Shown: piece by piece, positions 1-13,113 of the stretch
Layout of the letters: each line of letters opens with the position of its first letter
Numbering within the stretch: the stretch's first letter is position 1
NCBI GenBank assembly: GCA_035221665.1
Contig: CM069162.1
Location: 24,490,001 to 24,554,000 of the forward strand
Source of the DNA: Okamejei kenojei
Lineage: Eukaryota
DNA length: 64,000 nt
Reading direction: 5' to 3'
Translations under genes and position numbers: made by a program
Notes under the pieces: generated by a model
Seen by the model: only the letters and a program-made list of their open reading frames with translations
Database searches by the model: none
Told to the model about the DNA's origin: nothing

Positions 1-189
1 ATGGAATAGTCTTCACCCTACCCAACCAGATGCAACTAAATTTAAGGTAGCTCTTTTTTCCCCAATAACCCTTTTTTGCTTAAGTCCACCCTCCACCACC
101 TCCAGTTTAAATTCCATTTGGAATATTTTTGAAGGACAGGAAATGAAGAAGCAAGAGTTACTCCAGGGAGTTACTCCAGCTCCAGGGAG

Positions 190-817
190 TGATTCTACGT
201 TGGGTTTCAGCGGTCGCGGCGAGGCAGCGATCGACAGCAATGGCGGCCAGATCTCCCACAATGCAAAGGGAGGGAGAAAGTGCCTGGCGCCGACCAGTTG
301 CCGTGGCAGTGCGCATGTGCAGGACGGCCGATGATGTGCTGGCCGTGGCTGTGAGCATGTGCATGGGGAGGATGTGCTGGCCGTGGCAGTGTGCACGTGC
401 AAGGCGGCCAGCCGTCCCAGTGGATGAGGAGTGGCCGGAGAGCGGAGACCCGGGGACAGTGAGACACGGCGGCACAGGGAGAGGGAGACAGACGGGGAGG
501 GGGGGGGGGGGGAGAGACAGAGAGACAGCGAGACAGCGANNNNNNNNNNNNNNNNNNNNNNNNNNNNNNNNNNNNNNNNNNNNNNNNNNNNNNNNNNNNN
601 NNNNNNNNNNNNNNNNNNNNNNNNNNNNNNNNNNNNNNNNNNNNNNNNNNNNNNNNNNNNNNNNNNNNNNNNNNNNNNNNNNNNNNNNNNNNNNNNNNNN
701 NNNNNNNNNNNNNNNNNNNNNNNNNNNNNNNNNNNNNNNNNNNNNNNNNNNNCACAGCTTTTAGGTTGCCCGGCGGGACTTTAGGTGGCCATTGGCAACC
801 GTTAATTTTGAGCCCCG
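190..817. mobile_element. Putative non-autonomous hAT-like DNA element, right end; GC-rich interior with ~39-bp tandem units (~298-410) and an assembly gap (540-752)
   Basis: Ends ...GGCAACCGTTAATTTTGAGCCCCG, resembling a CAGGG-type hAT TIR, and directly abuts a truncated Tc1 fragment. The matching left TIR is not seen and the left boundary is a guess. Confidence 0.35.
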
Positions 818-1132
818 TCAACAGAGAAGACACCCAGCCACTGGCAATGTCCATGAATCGCAGACTTCAAGCAGTCATTGCAAGCAAAGGATATGCAACA
901 AAATAGGAACATGAGTACTTTCATTTACATGACATTGCTGTGTCCCAAACATTATGATGCCCTGAAATGGGGGGGGGGGGGACTATGTATAAACACTGCT
1001 GTAATTTCTACATGGTGAAACCAAAATGTATAACCACATGTGATTTTTTTCTATTAGAAATCTCAAATTGTGGAATACAAAGGCAAATAAATAAATGATG
1101 TGTCTTTGCCCCAAACATTATGGCGGGCACGG
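818..1132 (+). mobile_element. Tc1-family transposon 3' fragment (transposase C-terminus plus one TIR), same family as 25258-27572
   Basis: Encodes ...MSMNRRLQAVIASKGYATK*, followed by a TIR with two CCCAAACATTATG direct repeats. It aligns by eye with the reverse complement of 26100-26290 and with 27348-27572. Confidence 0.9.
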
Positions 1133-1134
1133 TC

Positions 1135-1225
1135 TAAACTCCGTACAGACAGCACCAGTAGTTCGGATCAGACCCGGGATCTAGGGCTGTAAGGCAGCAA
1201 CTCCACCACTGTGCCACCATGCCAC
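1135..1225 (-). mobile_element. tRNA-derived SINE 5' part (HE1-like)
   Basis: AAACTCCGTACAGACAGCAC...CTGTAAGGCAGCAACTC...TGTGCCACC matches the copies at 48235-48446 and 60424-60716. Confidence 0.75.
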
Positions 1226-1531
1226 CCCAACTCTTATATTTCTTAAATGTGAGTATGTCAATAAGACTGATTTTACTACAATAGAATCAATATTGTGTCC
1301 TTCCTAGATCAGAATATTACGCGCAAGCAATCATAGGAAGTTGAAATGTATGCAATATTCTGAATATTCAATAAGACGTTATTATTCCACAAGACCGTGA
1401 CATTAATCAGGTAGCCAACCAGACTAAAAGTTTGTACTCTCCTTTATTAAATTAAAATTTCTTTTCTTTCTATTTTCTTAGCTCAGCAACATTTCCATAT
1501 TTCAATTCTACCAATGAAGAATACCTTACAG

Positions 1532-1750
1532 GTAGACACAAAATGCTGGAGTAACTCAGTGGGTGAGGCAGCATCTTTGGAGAGAAGGAATGGGCGACAT
1601 TTCGGGACCAGACCCTTCGTCTGAAAATGGGTCTCGACCCGAAACGTCGCCCATTCCTTCTCTCCAGAGATGCTGCTTCACTCGCTAAGTTACTCCAGCA
1701 TTTTGTGTCTACTTTCGATTTGAACCAGCAACTGCAGTTCTTTCTTACAC
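1532..1750. mobile_element. Penelope-derived fold-back (palindromic) repeat
   Basis: About 85-bp inverted arms centred near 1620, with a CTGAAAATGGGTCTCGACCCGAAACGTC hammerhead-like motif. Flanked by the direct repeat AAGAATACCTTACAG (1517-1531, 1751-1765). Confidence 0.8.
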
Positions 1751-4188
1751 AAGAATACCTTACAGTTTTAATGTAAAAGTCGATGTATTCTCAGAGATAA
1801 TGGATTTTTAATCTAAAATTTGGAAGAAAATTGGAACCATGATTCTTTTTTTTGAAACCGCCTCCCTCCTTTTTTTCTAGCCCTTGTCTATATTTATGGA
1901 AAACATTGGAAATCTGTGACATGTTGCAGCATAAGGTTATTTCAATAAATACAAATCATTTATATGTGGTACTTTCTAGCCAAAATTTATTGTAATCATA
2001 GATTGTAGGTTTGCACACAGTGATTTTGTCTTTATTTTCACAAACAATAATCCATCATAGAGCACCTATCCAGTGTTGGGCACTATTTCCTTATTTGTTT
2101 TTGCATCTTTCTTTTGTTTCAGATAGAACAAGCATGACACAATTCAGAAAAACACAATTTTACACATTGCTGTTAAGAGCTTTCAACCAGAGCTAATCGG
2201 CAATGCGTGCAGAAAATCAATTATACTCTATCAGTGATCAAGGGAATTCAAATTGATTTGTATCTTTTATTCAGCTTTCTTGTAAAATTCAAATTCCAAA
2301 TTTATGAACAATTCCAAGAACCAGGACATTACTATTGTATAAAACATATGCCTGAATATGTTTTATACGTGCTATTGTCAATCAGAAACAACAATACTGC
2401 TGCATAGCAGGTGATTCAGAACAAAAAGCAGACAATGTCTGAAACAATTCAAACTATTGATTTATATTTAATGCTTTACATCCATGACTTTGTGGAGCTT
2501 TGCATGGAGATTTAGTGACTTGACTGAAAGAAAAATATGTTATGTATTCAAGGTGTAAGAAATAAGCAAATTTTAATTATTTTCTAAATCTCCATCTTTT
2601 TAATTATTTGTGTAAGAAGGATCATTTTTATTTATTTAATTATTTTATTGGTTATGCCAGTTGATTACTTATTCAAAACAATACATACATGCATACACAG
2701 ATATCGATTCTTTGGGTTAGGAGAATTAAAAAAGCTTCACAACTTGCTTGGTTTTGTGTTTACTTGTAAATATACATAAAAATGCCTGTACATATCAGAT
2801 CTAATAAGATAATATTCATAGTTAGGAATTAACCAGAGTAAGAGAGAAATTGAAAACTATTGATAGATGCATTAACCTGCTTTCGTCACATGACTTAATG
2901 TACGGTCATAACAATCTTGCAGAAGGTCATCCAGTATTTTTTAACGACAAATTACTTTTCCAGAATAACACTCTCATGTTATAACACTCTCATATATAAC
3001 ACTCTCACACACAGAATAACACTTTCATATAAAGATAACTCAACTTTTCATTAGGAATACAGCTACATCTTTGGATTCCTAAAGCTTGATTCCCCAAGTT
3101 ATCCATTTGATAAGGCAACAAAGGAGAAAAGGAGAAGGGCCAAAAACCCAACACCTGCCTATCTCATACACCAATTCTCCTGACATTGGCCAAATGAATG
3201 GGTGGATTCATGCAACCTTATGAAAGAGAGGTTCCTTATTCCTCCTTGTCTTGAGACTCTCATTGCATAAAGGTGAAAAATCACATGCCATACAATAGAA
3301 TTGGGTAAAAGATGACAATTTGAAAATCATTCGGCTTCTGCTTCCCGAAAGTTTACATTTTAAAAATCTCAACCTCTTGTTTAAATCTTTTCATTGTTTT
3401 GACCTCAACCCCAACAACACAATCATCAGCATAGTCAAGGTGCTGCCATATCTGGCCTCTTGCTGTCCAACTTCCTTCACCCACCGGTGAAACCATGCTT
3501 TCAGATGACCAAGCCGAATCTCTAGAAATCGTTCCCTCATTTCAGAACCAATTATAGCCATTTGGGCCAATGCAAGCTTCTCATGAAATACCTTGGGTCA
3601 CATTAATCTATTAAAAAGCAGTTAACCCAAGATAATAGAACTATTTCTATTCCTTGGTATACTTTTCAAAATTAGCTCTTAACATGGTCACACTTTGTCA
3701 TAAGACATCAGTCAGATAATTGCCATTGGTTAAATCTATATCTGTAACCTGCTTAATTGTTCTAATTGACATGTTTATGTCCTGTAGTTGACATTGATAA
3801 TCTCGTCTTTTATTTTGCCGTTTGTATTTCAATCCAGATGTATTATGAAAATGCCAAGACAATTGTACAAAAAAAAAAATATAGAACATGATGCAGATTA
3901 GAATCCATATAAATTACGGGGAAAACGCACAATAATTTTGCGAAATTTTATTCAGATATTTATACTATTGATTAAATGTCTGTCACCACCAATACAAGCT
4001 TTCACTAGTCAGGTACACTAGTCAGGTACAATTTCAAATATCAACCTTTGAATATATGTATTAATAACAGGGGCTCTCTGAGTTATGTCTAAAGGAAATT
4101 TAACTTTACACAAATTTTCCCATCCTTTTTTTCAAAGCATTCTTTAAGCTAATAACAATAGTTGTTTTATGATATTCATGAATTAATG

Positions 4189-4279
4189 GAAACATAGAAA
4201 ATAGGTGCAGGAGTAGGCCATTCGGCCCTTCGAGCCTGCACCGCCATTCAATATGATCATGGCTGATCATCCAACTCAG
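4189..4279 (-). mobile_element. CR1 LINE extreme 3' end
   Basis: Near-identical reverse complement of 31138-31230, including the TTCTATGTTTC tail. Confidence 0.85.
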
Positions 4280-5478
4280 ATAAATTCCAATAGCTGAAAT
4301 ATGGGTAATGTTAGGCTGATATTCAATAAAATGAAATTATAGCATGTGTCTGCAGGACAACACAACTTGGTTGTGTTGATAAAGAACACGTTTCTGATGA
4401 GAAATCGGTTTATGAACAGATCTCAGGAACGGGACCATTGAGTATCCGGGAACAGCTAGGGCAATCAGCTATCCCAATGTATACATACCTCATGGGTTTT
4501 TTTAATGAAGACAACAGCTTTTCTAACACCACCAGCACACGTACAAATCAGGAAAAGATAAAGTGCTTTTATAAATCAAAAAAATTGTAATCTTTGCAAC
4601 AGATTGTAGCAAATGTAACTACTACTTTAATTTGACAAACATCTTACAAAAACAGAATGAACTTTATTGATTACTACAATCAAAATAGGAAGTTCAGCTA
4701 TCTGTTCCTTATTCTCTACCATCAATGCATGAACACATCAATAAAATCAGATTCTCCTCAGAAGTTATTACTTGCCACTTATTTGCTTGTGAAAGCAGAC
4801 ATCACTTCCACTGGAATGTTTCATTGAATATATTACACCAGTAGGGAGATTAGTGAAGTAGTTAGTTTAAGAGTCAGTCCTAGAATACCTAAGATTGAAT
4901 TGTCATCATGTCATTCCTTGATGTAAGGAATTGGGCAATGTACTCATGAAACATCTCTTATGAAGCCATTAAGGAAACTGTAATAATCAATATGAAGATC
5001 ACCATTTGAACACACATCAACATTGGAGCATATTATCACACACCAGAATCAAAACAATCATCACTGCACAGTTCCAACAGATAGGCGAGTGGTTAAGACT
5101 GAACAACCACTTATTCGTCACACAGGAGCACTCTCGTATACTTTAGAATCACAATGCAAGATCGTACAACAAATTACCCAATTCCAGTTTTAATTGTATG
5201 CATACATGTGCAAACCTTGATTATTTAAGATACCAGAAGGAAGCACTGTGTTGGTCCTCAGGAGATGAAAACCAGCAAAACCTCCCTGTTCAAATCCATA
5301 TCTCCAATTACTTTTTTTTTTAAGTGAGAACTGGCTATCTTCCTTTTCAACTGCCACCCATTCCAACAGCAGCAAATAAATATTGAACCCAATACAAAAC
5401 CTCCAGCCAACCAGACACCATGTGAAACTTAGAAGACCACTTACAATCTAGTGGAATCAGTGGGAACGTACACTTTAC

Positions 5479-5597
5479 CTCATTTGTGTTCCAGCGGTGT
5501 CTTTCCTTTGGTAAAGCAGAACATTTCGGTAAACATTCGAGTAATTTCTTGGGCAAGAATATTTTCACATGACTGCCATTGCTGTTTCCATGATCAT
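5479..5597 (-). CDS. CAMTA1: CAMTA1 (calmodulin-binding transcription activator 1) internal coding exon, 119 bp, leading into the CG-1 domain
   Basis: Translates (D)DHGNSNGSHVKIFLPKKLLECLPKCSALPKERHRWNTNE, nearly identical to the vertebrate CAMTA1 N-terminus as I recall it. Acceptor ...TTAATTTCAG (AG = 5598-5599) and donor GAG|GTAAAG (GT = 5477-5478). Confidence 0.96.
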
Positions 5598-5659
5598 CTG
5601 AAATTAAGCAAAATAACACCAATTATCGGTCAATCAAGAAGCTTGTTGTTAATGTCACA

Positions 5660-6430
5660 CAAGAAACAAGCGCAGGAGTTGGATCAGCCACTTTATGGCT
5701 GGTCCAACCTTAGCCTCAAAATGTCATTCTTGTTTTCTCCCACCATCCTTGACTACCTTTCAGTTTAAATATCTATCAGTCGCTAACTTGAATATATTCA
5801 ATGACACTGACTGTACTGCTTTCTGGGGTACAGAATTCCAAAGATTCACAAGTCTGATACAACAAATACTTCCCATCACCGCCTGAAATGGTCAACCCCC
5901 TTTACTGAAGCTGAGGCCGCCAGTTCTAGATATCCACACCAGAGAAAACATTTCTCAGCATCCAACTGCTCAATCCTCCATGGAGATTTGTGTGTCAATA
6001 AGATCACCTCACAGTCTTCCGGATATGGGAACCTCAGTTAACTTATCTTCATACGACAACTCCTTCAGCCAGGAATCGACCAAGTGTAATTTCTTTGCAC
6101 TATTTTCAATGCAAGAATATACTGGCTAAAACATGGCTCCAAACTGTACACAGACACTCCAGATAATGCAATTTGCATTAAACTTCTCCTCTTTTATATT
6201 CTTGCTATGAAGGCCAACATTCTATATTACTGTTATTCTTGCATGATAATACCTTTGTGTTTCAGGTATTTGAATACCGAGATATCTTTGTACTGCAAAC
6301 TTTTGTAGTCTCACTGCATTTGAATAATTTCCTTTCCATTCTTCCATTCCAAAGAGGATAACCTCACATTCCTCTTTATTTATACTCTTCTTGCCAAAAC
6401 ACATTAACTGTTCACCCATTGCTGACTATG
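5660..6430 (-). mobile_element. Old, degraded CR1 LINE 3' fragment
   Basis: Diverged match to the reverse complement of the CR1 at 30268-31230 (GAATTCCAAAGATTCACAA, ATGAAGGCCAACATTC, CEVILFG remnant). Confidence 0.7.
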
Positions 6431-6954
6431 AAAACTGTGCAAGAATTGGCAACCACATTTCGCATCAACATTGAATACAGGCAACAAAGTATAGGTCTGT
6501 AGGTATGAACGAGTGTTTGGGAGATTGGCAGAAAGGATTTGCCAGCTGCTGCCAGGCTGCAGGCATATATTATTGACGCAAGTTGGGATTTTGCTACATC
6601 GAACCCAGGAAGAATACACTTCTTCTCAACTCACTGATGTCCATTGTGCAAATTATATCTTGAGACTAGCAAAATGTTTTAAAAGATTATTAGCCTGGGA
6701 TAGGTTCAGGCTAAATTTGTTGATATTACCTTTATTATTAAGAATGGCAAAGTGAGATTTTAAATGCTCTACTAGACAATCTATTCCAAAGCAACGACCA
6801 CCTCTGTAAGCATCTTCTGCCATGTGTGAACTCACTTTAAGGCCACATTTCCAAACAGTTCTCAAGAACAGAAACAGTTCTCAAGACATGACCAAGAGCG
6901 CTTCACATCGTCAGGCTAAGCAACAAAAACAAGCATACAAGTTAAATAACATGG

Positions 6955-7985
6955 CATAAGTTCATAAATGATAGTAGAATTAGCTCATTCGGCCCATCAA
7001 GTCATTCAATCACGGCTGATCTATCTCTCCCTCCGAATCGCATTCTACCGCCTTCTCCCCATAACCTCTGACACCTGTATTAATCAAGAATCTATCTCTC
7101 TCTGCCTTAAAAATATCCACTGATTTGGCCTCCACAGCCTTCTGTGGCAAATAATTCCACGGTTTCACCACCCTCCGACATCATTCTAGATTGGACATAT
7201 GATAGTCATACAGTGATACAGTGTGGAAACGGGTCCTTTGGCCCAACTTGCCCACACCGTCCAACATGTCCCAGCCACACTAGTCCCACTTGCCCGTGTT
7301 TGGGTCATATCCCTCCAAACCTGTCCTATCCATGTACCTGTTTAACTGTTTCTTAAATGTTGGGATAGTCCCTGCCTCATCTACCTCCTCTGACAGCTTG
7401 TTCCATACACTCACCACCCTTTGTGTGAAAAAAGTTGTCCCTCAGATTCCTATTGAATATTTTCCCCTTCACCATAAACCTATGTCCTCTGGTCCATGTT
7501 TCACCTACTCTGGGCAAGAGACTCTGTGCATCTACCTAATCTATTCCTCTCATTATTTGATGCACCTCAAAAAGATCACCACTCATTCTCATGCGCTCCA
7601 AGGAATAGAGTCCCAGCATACTCAACCTCTCCCTATAGCTCAGACCCTCTAGTCCTAGCAACATAATCGTAAATCTTCCCTGTACCCTTTCCAGCTTTAC
7701 AACATCTTTCCTATAACATGATGCCCAGAACTGACCACAATACTAAATGCGGTCTCACCAACATGTTATACAACTGCCACATGACCTCCCAACCTTATAT
7801 ACAATATACTGATGAAAGCCAATGTGCCAAAAACCTTTTTACCACTCTATCTACTTGTGACTCCGCCTTCAAGGAACCATGCACCTGGACTCCTAGAACT
7901 CTTTGTTCTACAACACTCGCCCAAAGCCTTACCATTCACTGTGTAGGTCCTGCCCATATTGGACTTCACAAAATGCAACATTTCT
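6955..7985 (-). mobile_element. Two adjacent CR1 LINE 3' fragments (~6955-7175 and ~7200-7985)
   Basis: Two CR1 3' termini (TTCGGCCCATCAAG; CTTTGGCCCAACTTGCCC) and an ORF2 remnant LHFVKSNMGRTYTVNGKALG. The second fragment is closely similar to 51025-51540. Confidence 0.85.
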
Positions 7986-8529
7986 CGGTATAAAATTCCA
8001 TTCCCAATTATCAGCAACATACCACACAAGCACAAGATCAGCAAATGTCAAGCACCATTCTTTGACATTCACTAGTATTAACATTGCCAAATACCCCACT
8101 GTCAATTTCCTTGTGTCTGCACTGACTAGAAACTGAATTGAACCAGCGACAACATGCAGCTACAAGACCAAGTAAGAGGCTGCATATCCTACGAGTTACT
8201 TCCTAACTCCCCAAAACCTTGCCATCATTTATAAAGCAATGTCAGAAATATTCACTACTTATCAGTAAGAGTGCATCTCCAAAAACTCACACATCACCAC
8301 ACAAGACTAAGACCAAATTTGCTTCATCCAACCTGAACATTTTCTCTTTTGATCACTGGTACACTGTTATTGCAATGTACATCAACTACAAAATGCATGC
8401 AGCAACTTGCCAGGACTGCTGCAACAACACAAACTGATAACATGCAACTATCTAGAAAATAGTTCCCCAAAGTGTGGGCCACAACCCCCCCAATAAAAGC
8501 TGCAATGTCAGCTAAAGGATCGAGACTAA

Positions 8530-9770
8530 GAACATAGAACTACAGCACAGAATGAGCCCCACAGCCCATAATATTTGTGCCGAACATGATGCCTAGCTGA
8601 ACTGATCTTATCTGCCTGCACATGATCCTTATCCCTTTATTCCCTGCATTTCCATGTATCTGTCCAAAAGCCTCTTTCACGCCACTACCGTATCCATCAC
8701 CACCACAACCCCAGGCGTCATGTTCCAGGCCCCCACCACCCTCTGACTAAAAAAAAAAACTTGCCCCACACATCTCAATTAAACTATCCCCCTCTCACCT
8801 TATAGCCATGCCCTTTAGTGTTGGACATTTCCACCCTGGGAAAACGGTTATAACTGTCTACCCTATCTATGCCTCTCATAATTGTATATACTTTTATCAA
8901 GTCTCCCTTCAACCTCCGATGTTCCAGTGAAAACAATCCAAGACTATCCAACCTCTCCCCGTTTCTGAAACCATCTAATCCAGGCAGCATTCTGGTAAAT
9001 CTCCTCTGCACCCTCTCCAAAGCTTATATATTTTTCCTAATGCTGCCTAATCCAAGTCCTTTTGAGCTGCATCATGACTTCCTGACTCTTGTATTCAATG
9101 CCCAGAGCAGTGAAGGTAAGCATACCATATGCCTTCTTTATCACCCTATCTACTTGTGCTGCCACCTTTAGTGAGCTATGAATTTGGACTCCAAGATCCC
9201 TTGGTACATCAATGCTGTTAAGGGTCTTACCATTAACTGTATACTCAAGTCTACCATGAGGGACCTTCTCAAAAGTCTTATTAAAATCCATGTATAAAAC
9301 ATCCACCACCCACCTTTACCAATCTCCTTCGTCACCTCCTCAAAAAAAAACTCAACTTAGTGAGACATGACAAAACGCGTAGAAAGTCCTAATTAGCCCA
9401 TTATCTTCCAAATGGAATTAATCCTATCTTGAAGAACTCTCTCCAATAGTTTCTCTACCACTAACATGAGGCTCATGGGCCAATAGTTCCCTGGATTCTC
9501 TCTACTTCCTTTCTTAAACAAAGGAACAACATCCCGGAGGACCTCACCTGTGGCTAGAGAAGCAACAAAGATTCTAGTCAAGGCCTCCACATTCTCCTCT
9601 CTTTCTTCCTCTATAACCTGAGAGAGATCCCATCAGGCCCTGGGAACTTAGCAACCACAATGTTCTTCAAGAGTCTCTGCACCCCCTCCTTCTTGATCTC
9701 AAACTGTCTTAGCATATTTGTTGTCTCCACACTGACCTCACTGTCCTCCAAGTCACTCTCCTTGGTAACG
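8530..9770 (-). mobile_element. CR1 LINE fragment (RT region), interrupted at ~9770 by a Helitron and apparently resuming near 10546
   Basis: Minus-strand ORF remnants ERVQRRFTRMLPGL, VDVLYMDFNKTFEKVPHGRL, VVPLFKKGSRENPGNY and KFPGPDGI are CR1 ORF2 motifs. Confidence 0.92.
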
Positions 9771-9774
9771 GATG

Positions 9775-10545
9775 CGACTGCAACGTTTTTAAAGTTCAAA
9801 ATGGCAATAACGTAAAAAATATGATCAATGTGAACGCATCTCACTCTCCCTCTTCAGTCCCCTATTCTTCTCCTCCATTATCCTCCCTCTCCTCACCCTC
9901 CACTGCTTCCTCCCCTCACCACCCCTCCGCTCATCCATTGCCTCACCATCCCTCTCCCTACCCGTCCTCCTCCATTCCCCCTCATCCCCAGCACTCCCTT
10001 CCCCCTCCTCTTCACCATCCCTCTTCTCTCCCCTACCCTCAGTCAGTCACTCCCTCCCTCCATAATCCCTTCTGCTCCCTCTACCCCCCTGCTCCACCAC
10101 TCCTCACCTCCCCCCATCCCACTACCCCACAATGAAAATTGCGATGTTTTTAAAAAAAATGAAATTCTCAATGAAAATCCCATTTTTTCTTTAAAGTAAC
10201 CTAAACACAATGTTAGCTGTTAATGAAAACGGACAAATTTGATTAAAACAGTGTTTTCACGAAAATCGCGATTCAGGATCCCATTGTGACGTTGTTGTAA
10301 CGTGGCTGACAGGCAGGGCAAGTGGAAAAGTGGTTTGAAAAGTGATTGTTGTAAAGTCTAAAATGTCAATAACTTGTAAAATATAACATCAATCCAAACT
10401 AAACTTATTTCATTTACATCCAATGACAATGGTGAGAAAGGTGGGCCAAAAATGGAAGCACCTTCGTGTACCGTTTTGGCGGGGATTTGAAATATCACGC
10501 ACATGCATACAAACAAGATGAGAGTTTTAGTAATATACAGATAGA
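9775..10545 (-). mobile_element. Non-autonomous Helitron, 3' end lost, with a C-rich low-complexity interior
   Basis: Minus-strand start TCTATCTGTATATTACTAAAACTCTC matches the start of the complete copy at 56501. 9780-10130 is homologous to 16285-16690. Confidence 0.7.
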
Positions 10546-11699
10546 TATAAAAAGCTTTGGGATATTCCTTACTTGCAAGCCACATTTGACCAAAAATGGT
10601 GCCTTCGATATCAGTTCACCTTCCCACGAGAAGTAAAAATATTCAATTGTTTATCTTACTGAAGAAAATGTTTTTAATCAAGTATATTAATTTTCTGTAA
10701 GTTTGTAGTGCTTTATCATCAATCATTTAAAAAGAGTTTATGAATGAAAAGAGAACAGTTTCAAACAAAATTCTTTTTTTGCCCCTTCTGAAAGTGTTAT
10801 GTCAACATCATATAATTCCATTCCTTTCTCAACCTAATTCAAGTAGACAAGTCAAGATTGAGCATCTCAGCAGCCAATTTAAACACCAGGGTCATCATCA
10901 ACAAACTGGATTCTGTCCTCAAATGATATCCCTCAGCATATTAATAGTAGCTATCACTGGATAATATTCATAAATATGCAATTGGTTACTTCATAACTAC
11001 TTAATGCTAAGGTCACGAAGGTCAATTGAAGCACCTTAACAACAGTTGGGCAACCAATTAAATCAAGACAAACCAGCTTTATGTTATAGAACACAAGGCA
11101 ATAAATATACTAATTTTATTTTTATAATCCATATTCCTTTTCAGATTTCAATACATTTAACAAAATATTATAACTTTGACAGCAAGCAAGTAATTATAAT
11201 ATTCTGAACTACAAACCAAACATGGCACTTGCAATAGATTATGCAAAATATCAATTACAATACGTAACAATAGAAAATTAGAGGTTTAATTGCCAGATTC
11301 AAATTTGCATTGGTGGGCTTTTAAGAAACCATTTGCATTGGTGTTTAAAAAGAACAATCCAGCATTTTCTTTCCTGTCACCAAATAAATCTTGTGCTGTT
11401 TTGCAATGAATCAGGAAACCGGCATCCCAAGATTTTGAAAGTGCTGAAAATGTTGAAAATTTTACATTGCTTAAATTAAGTCATGCCAACTGAGGAAAAG
11501 GTTGAAAACAATGACAGAGATGGATATGGATAGTAGATACAAGACAGGAGCTGTTGGTAATGGCACACCACTCACTACCTGCAAGTTAGCTTCCAAGTCC
11601 CATATTATCCTGAAGTAAGTGTATTGCTATCACTTCATCATCATTGGGCCCAAATACTGGATATCTCTCTCACAGCAATACGAGTAGTAGATGCAGTAG

Positions 11700-12370
11700 T
11701 TTCCCATTTCCAAGATTTTAGAGATTCTCAAAATCATCGTACAAATTGGAAAGTAGCAAAAATAACCTCACTATTTAAAGGCAGATGAAGTGAGAAAACA
11801 GGGAACTCGATGTAGAAACAACAGATGCTAGTTTAGCCAAAAGGCCACAAAGTCCTGGAGTAACTCAGTGGGTCAGGCAGCATTTCTGGAGAACACGGAT
11901 AGGTGATGGTGTGGGTCATGACCTTCATTCAGACTCATCTCCAGATGTCAGCTTGTCATCAGTAACATTGAAAAGATTGGAACCTATTACTAAGGAAGTG
12001 GTACAGGGCACTTTGAAGTCAATTGTACGATTCAGCAGAGTGAACATTAAATAATGAATAATTAAATAATGAAAATAAAATTGTTTGATGAATCTGTTAT
12101 GGTTTTAAGGTTGCAAGTAGCAGAATAGGTAACGAAGAAAGTAGCTGTAGTACATTTAGCTTTCTGATAATGTTTGATAAAGATGCCACACATGAAGTTA
12201 TTCTACAAAAGTAGAGTACATAGGAAGGTGGGTAACACATAAATGTATATTGAGGCTTGGTTAACAGACAGGCCTTGTGGGTTCAGAGTCAGTGAGCAGT
12301 AGTATAATGTACAATTGCTGCAGTGGCCCGAGCTGTTCACAATCTACGGCAACAATTTGGCTGATCAAAT
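11700..12370 (+). mobile_element. Old CR1 LINE fragment containing a Penelope-derived half repeat (~11810-11935)
   Basis: Degenerate TGGAAAGTAGCAAAAATAACCTCACTATTTAAA and TTTGATAAAGATGCCACACATGAAGTTA (FDKVPH region). The insert carries GGAGTAACTCAGTGGGTCAGGCAGCAT. Confidence 0.65.
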
Positions 12371-12771
12371 ACATTCCCAGCTGACCTCCTGTATTCTATT
12401 CTTTATACGCTATAAGCCTTCCAAAACTCTGCATGCCTTGTACTATACTATGGTCAGTTCACTCCTCTCTCTGTGCCAATTGGTTCCCAGTTATGCAATA
12501 TCACAATTTAAAATATCTCTTTATTTTCAAAATCCCTTAGTGAACTTATCCCACCTATTGCTGTAACCTCTTACTGCCTCATGGCCTCCAAAATATCTGT
12601 GCTCCTCTCTCACCTTTTGCTAATCTACCATTAGCAACTGCACCCTGCAACTGCCAAGGCATCAAACATTTCTCCAGCTCTCCAGAGACACAACTTGATA
12701 GCCATCTTGTTGACTATATTTGTTATCATCTACCCATTATCTCTTCACTTTTACACATGTACTGTAGAAAG

Positions 12772-12987
12772 GCACAAAGTTCTGTAGTAACTCAGTGGGT
12801 TAGGCATCATCTGCGGAGAACGTGGATAGGTGACATTTCAGGTCAGGACCCTTCAGATTTCTTTCAGCAGTCTGAAGAAGGGTCCTTACCTGAAACGTCA
12901 CCTATCCATGTTCTCCAGAGAAGCTGCCTGACCAGCTGAGTTACTCGAACACTGTGGCTTTTTTTTTGTAAACCAGCATCTGCAGAA
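12772..12987. mobile_element. Penelope-derived fold-back repeat
   Basis: Inverted arms around ~12862 with CTGAAGAAGGGTCCTTACCTGAAACGTC. Flanking direct repeat TACTGTAGAAAG (12760-12771, 12988-12999). Confidence 0.8.
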
Positions 12988-13113
12988 TACTGTAGAAAGT
13001 ATGCTGACTGTTTGCCTCGTGGCCTACTATGGCAAGTCCAATGCACAGGAACACAAGAAGTTACAAAGAGTGATGGACTCAGCCTGGTCCATCACACACA
13101 CTGCCTTCTAATG

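Noticed and set aside
540-752. N runs here and at 35879-36070
   Set aside because: Assembly gaps next to G-rich tracts, not biology. ORFs spanning them are artefacts.
2964-3030. Short local duplications (ATAACACTCTCA x4; also ~4004-4030, ~6852-6886, ~27998-28044, ~29731-29775)
   Set aside because: Ordinary slippage-type duplications with no sign of function.
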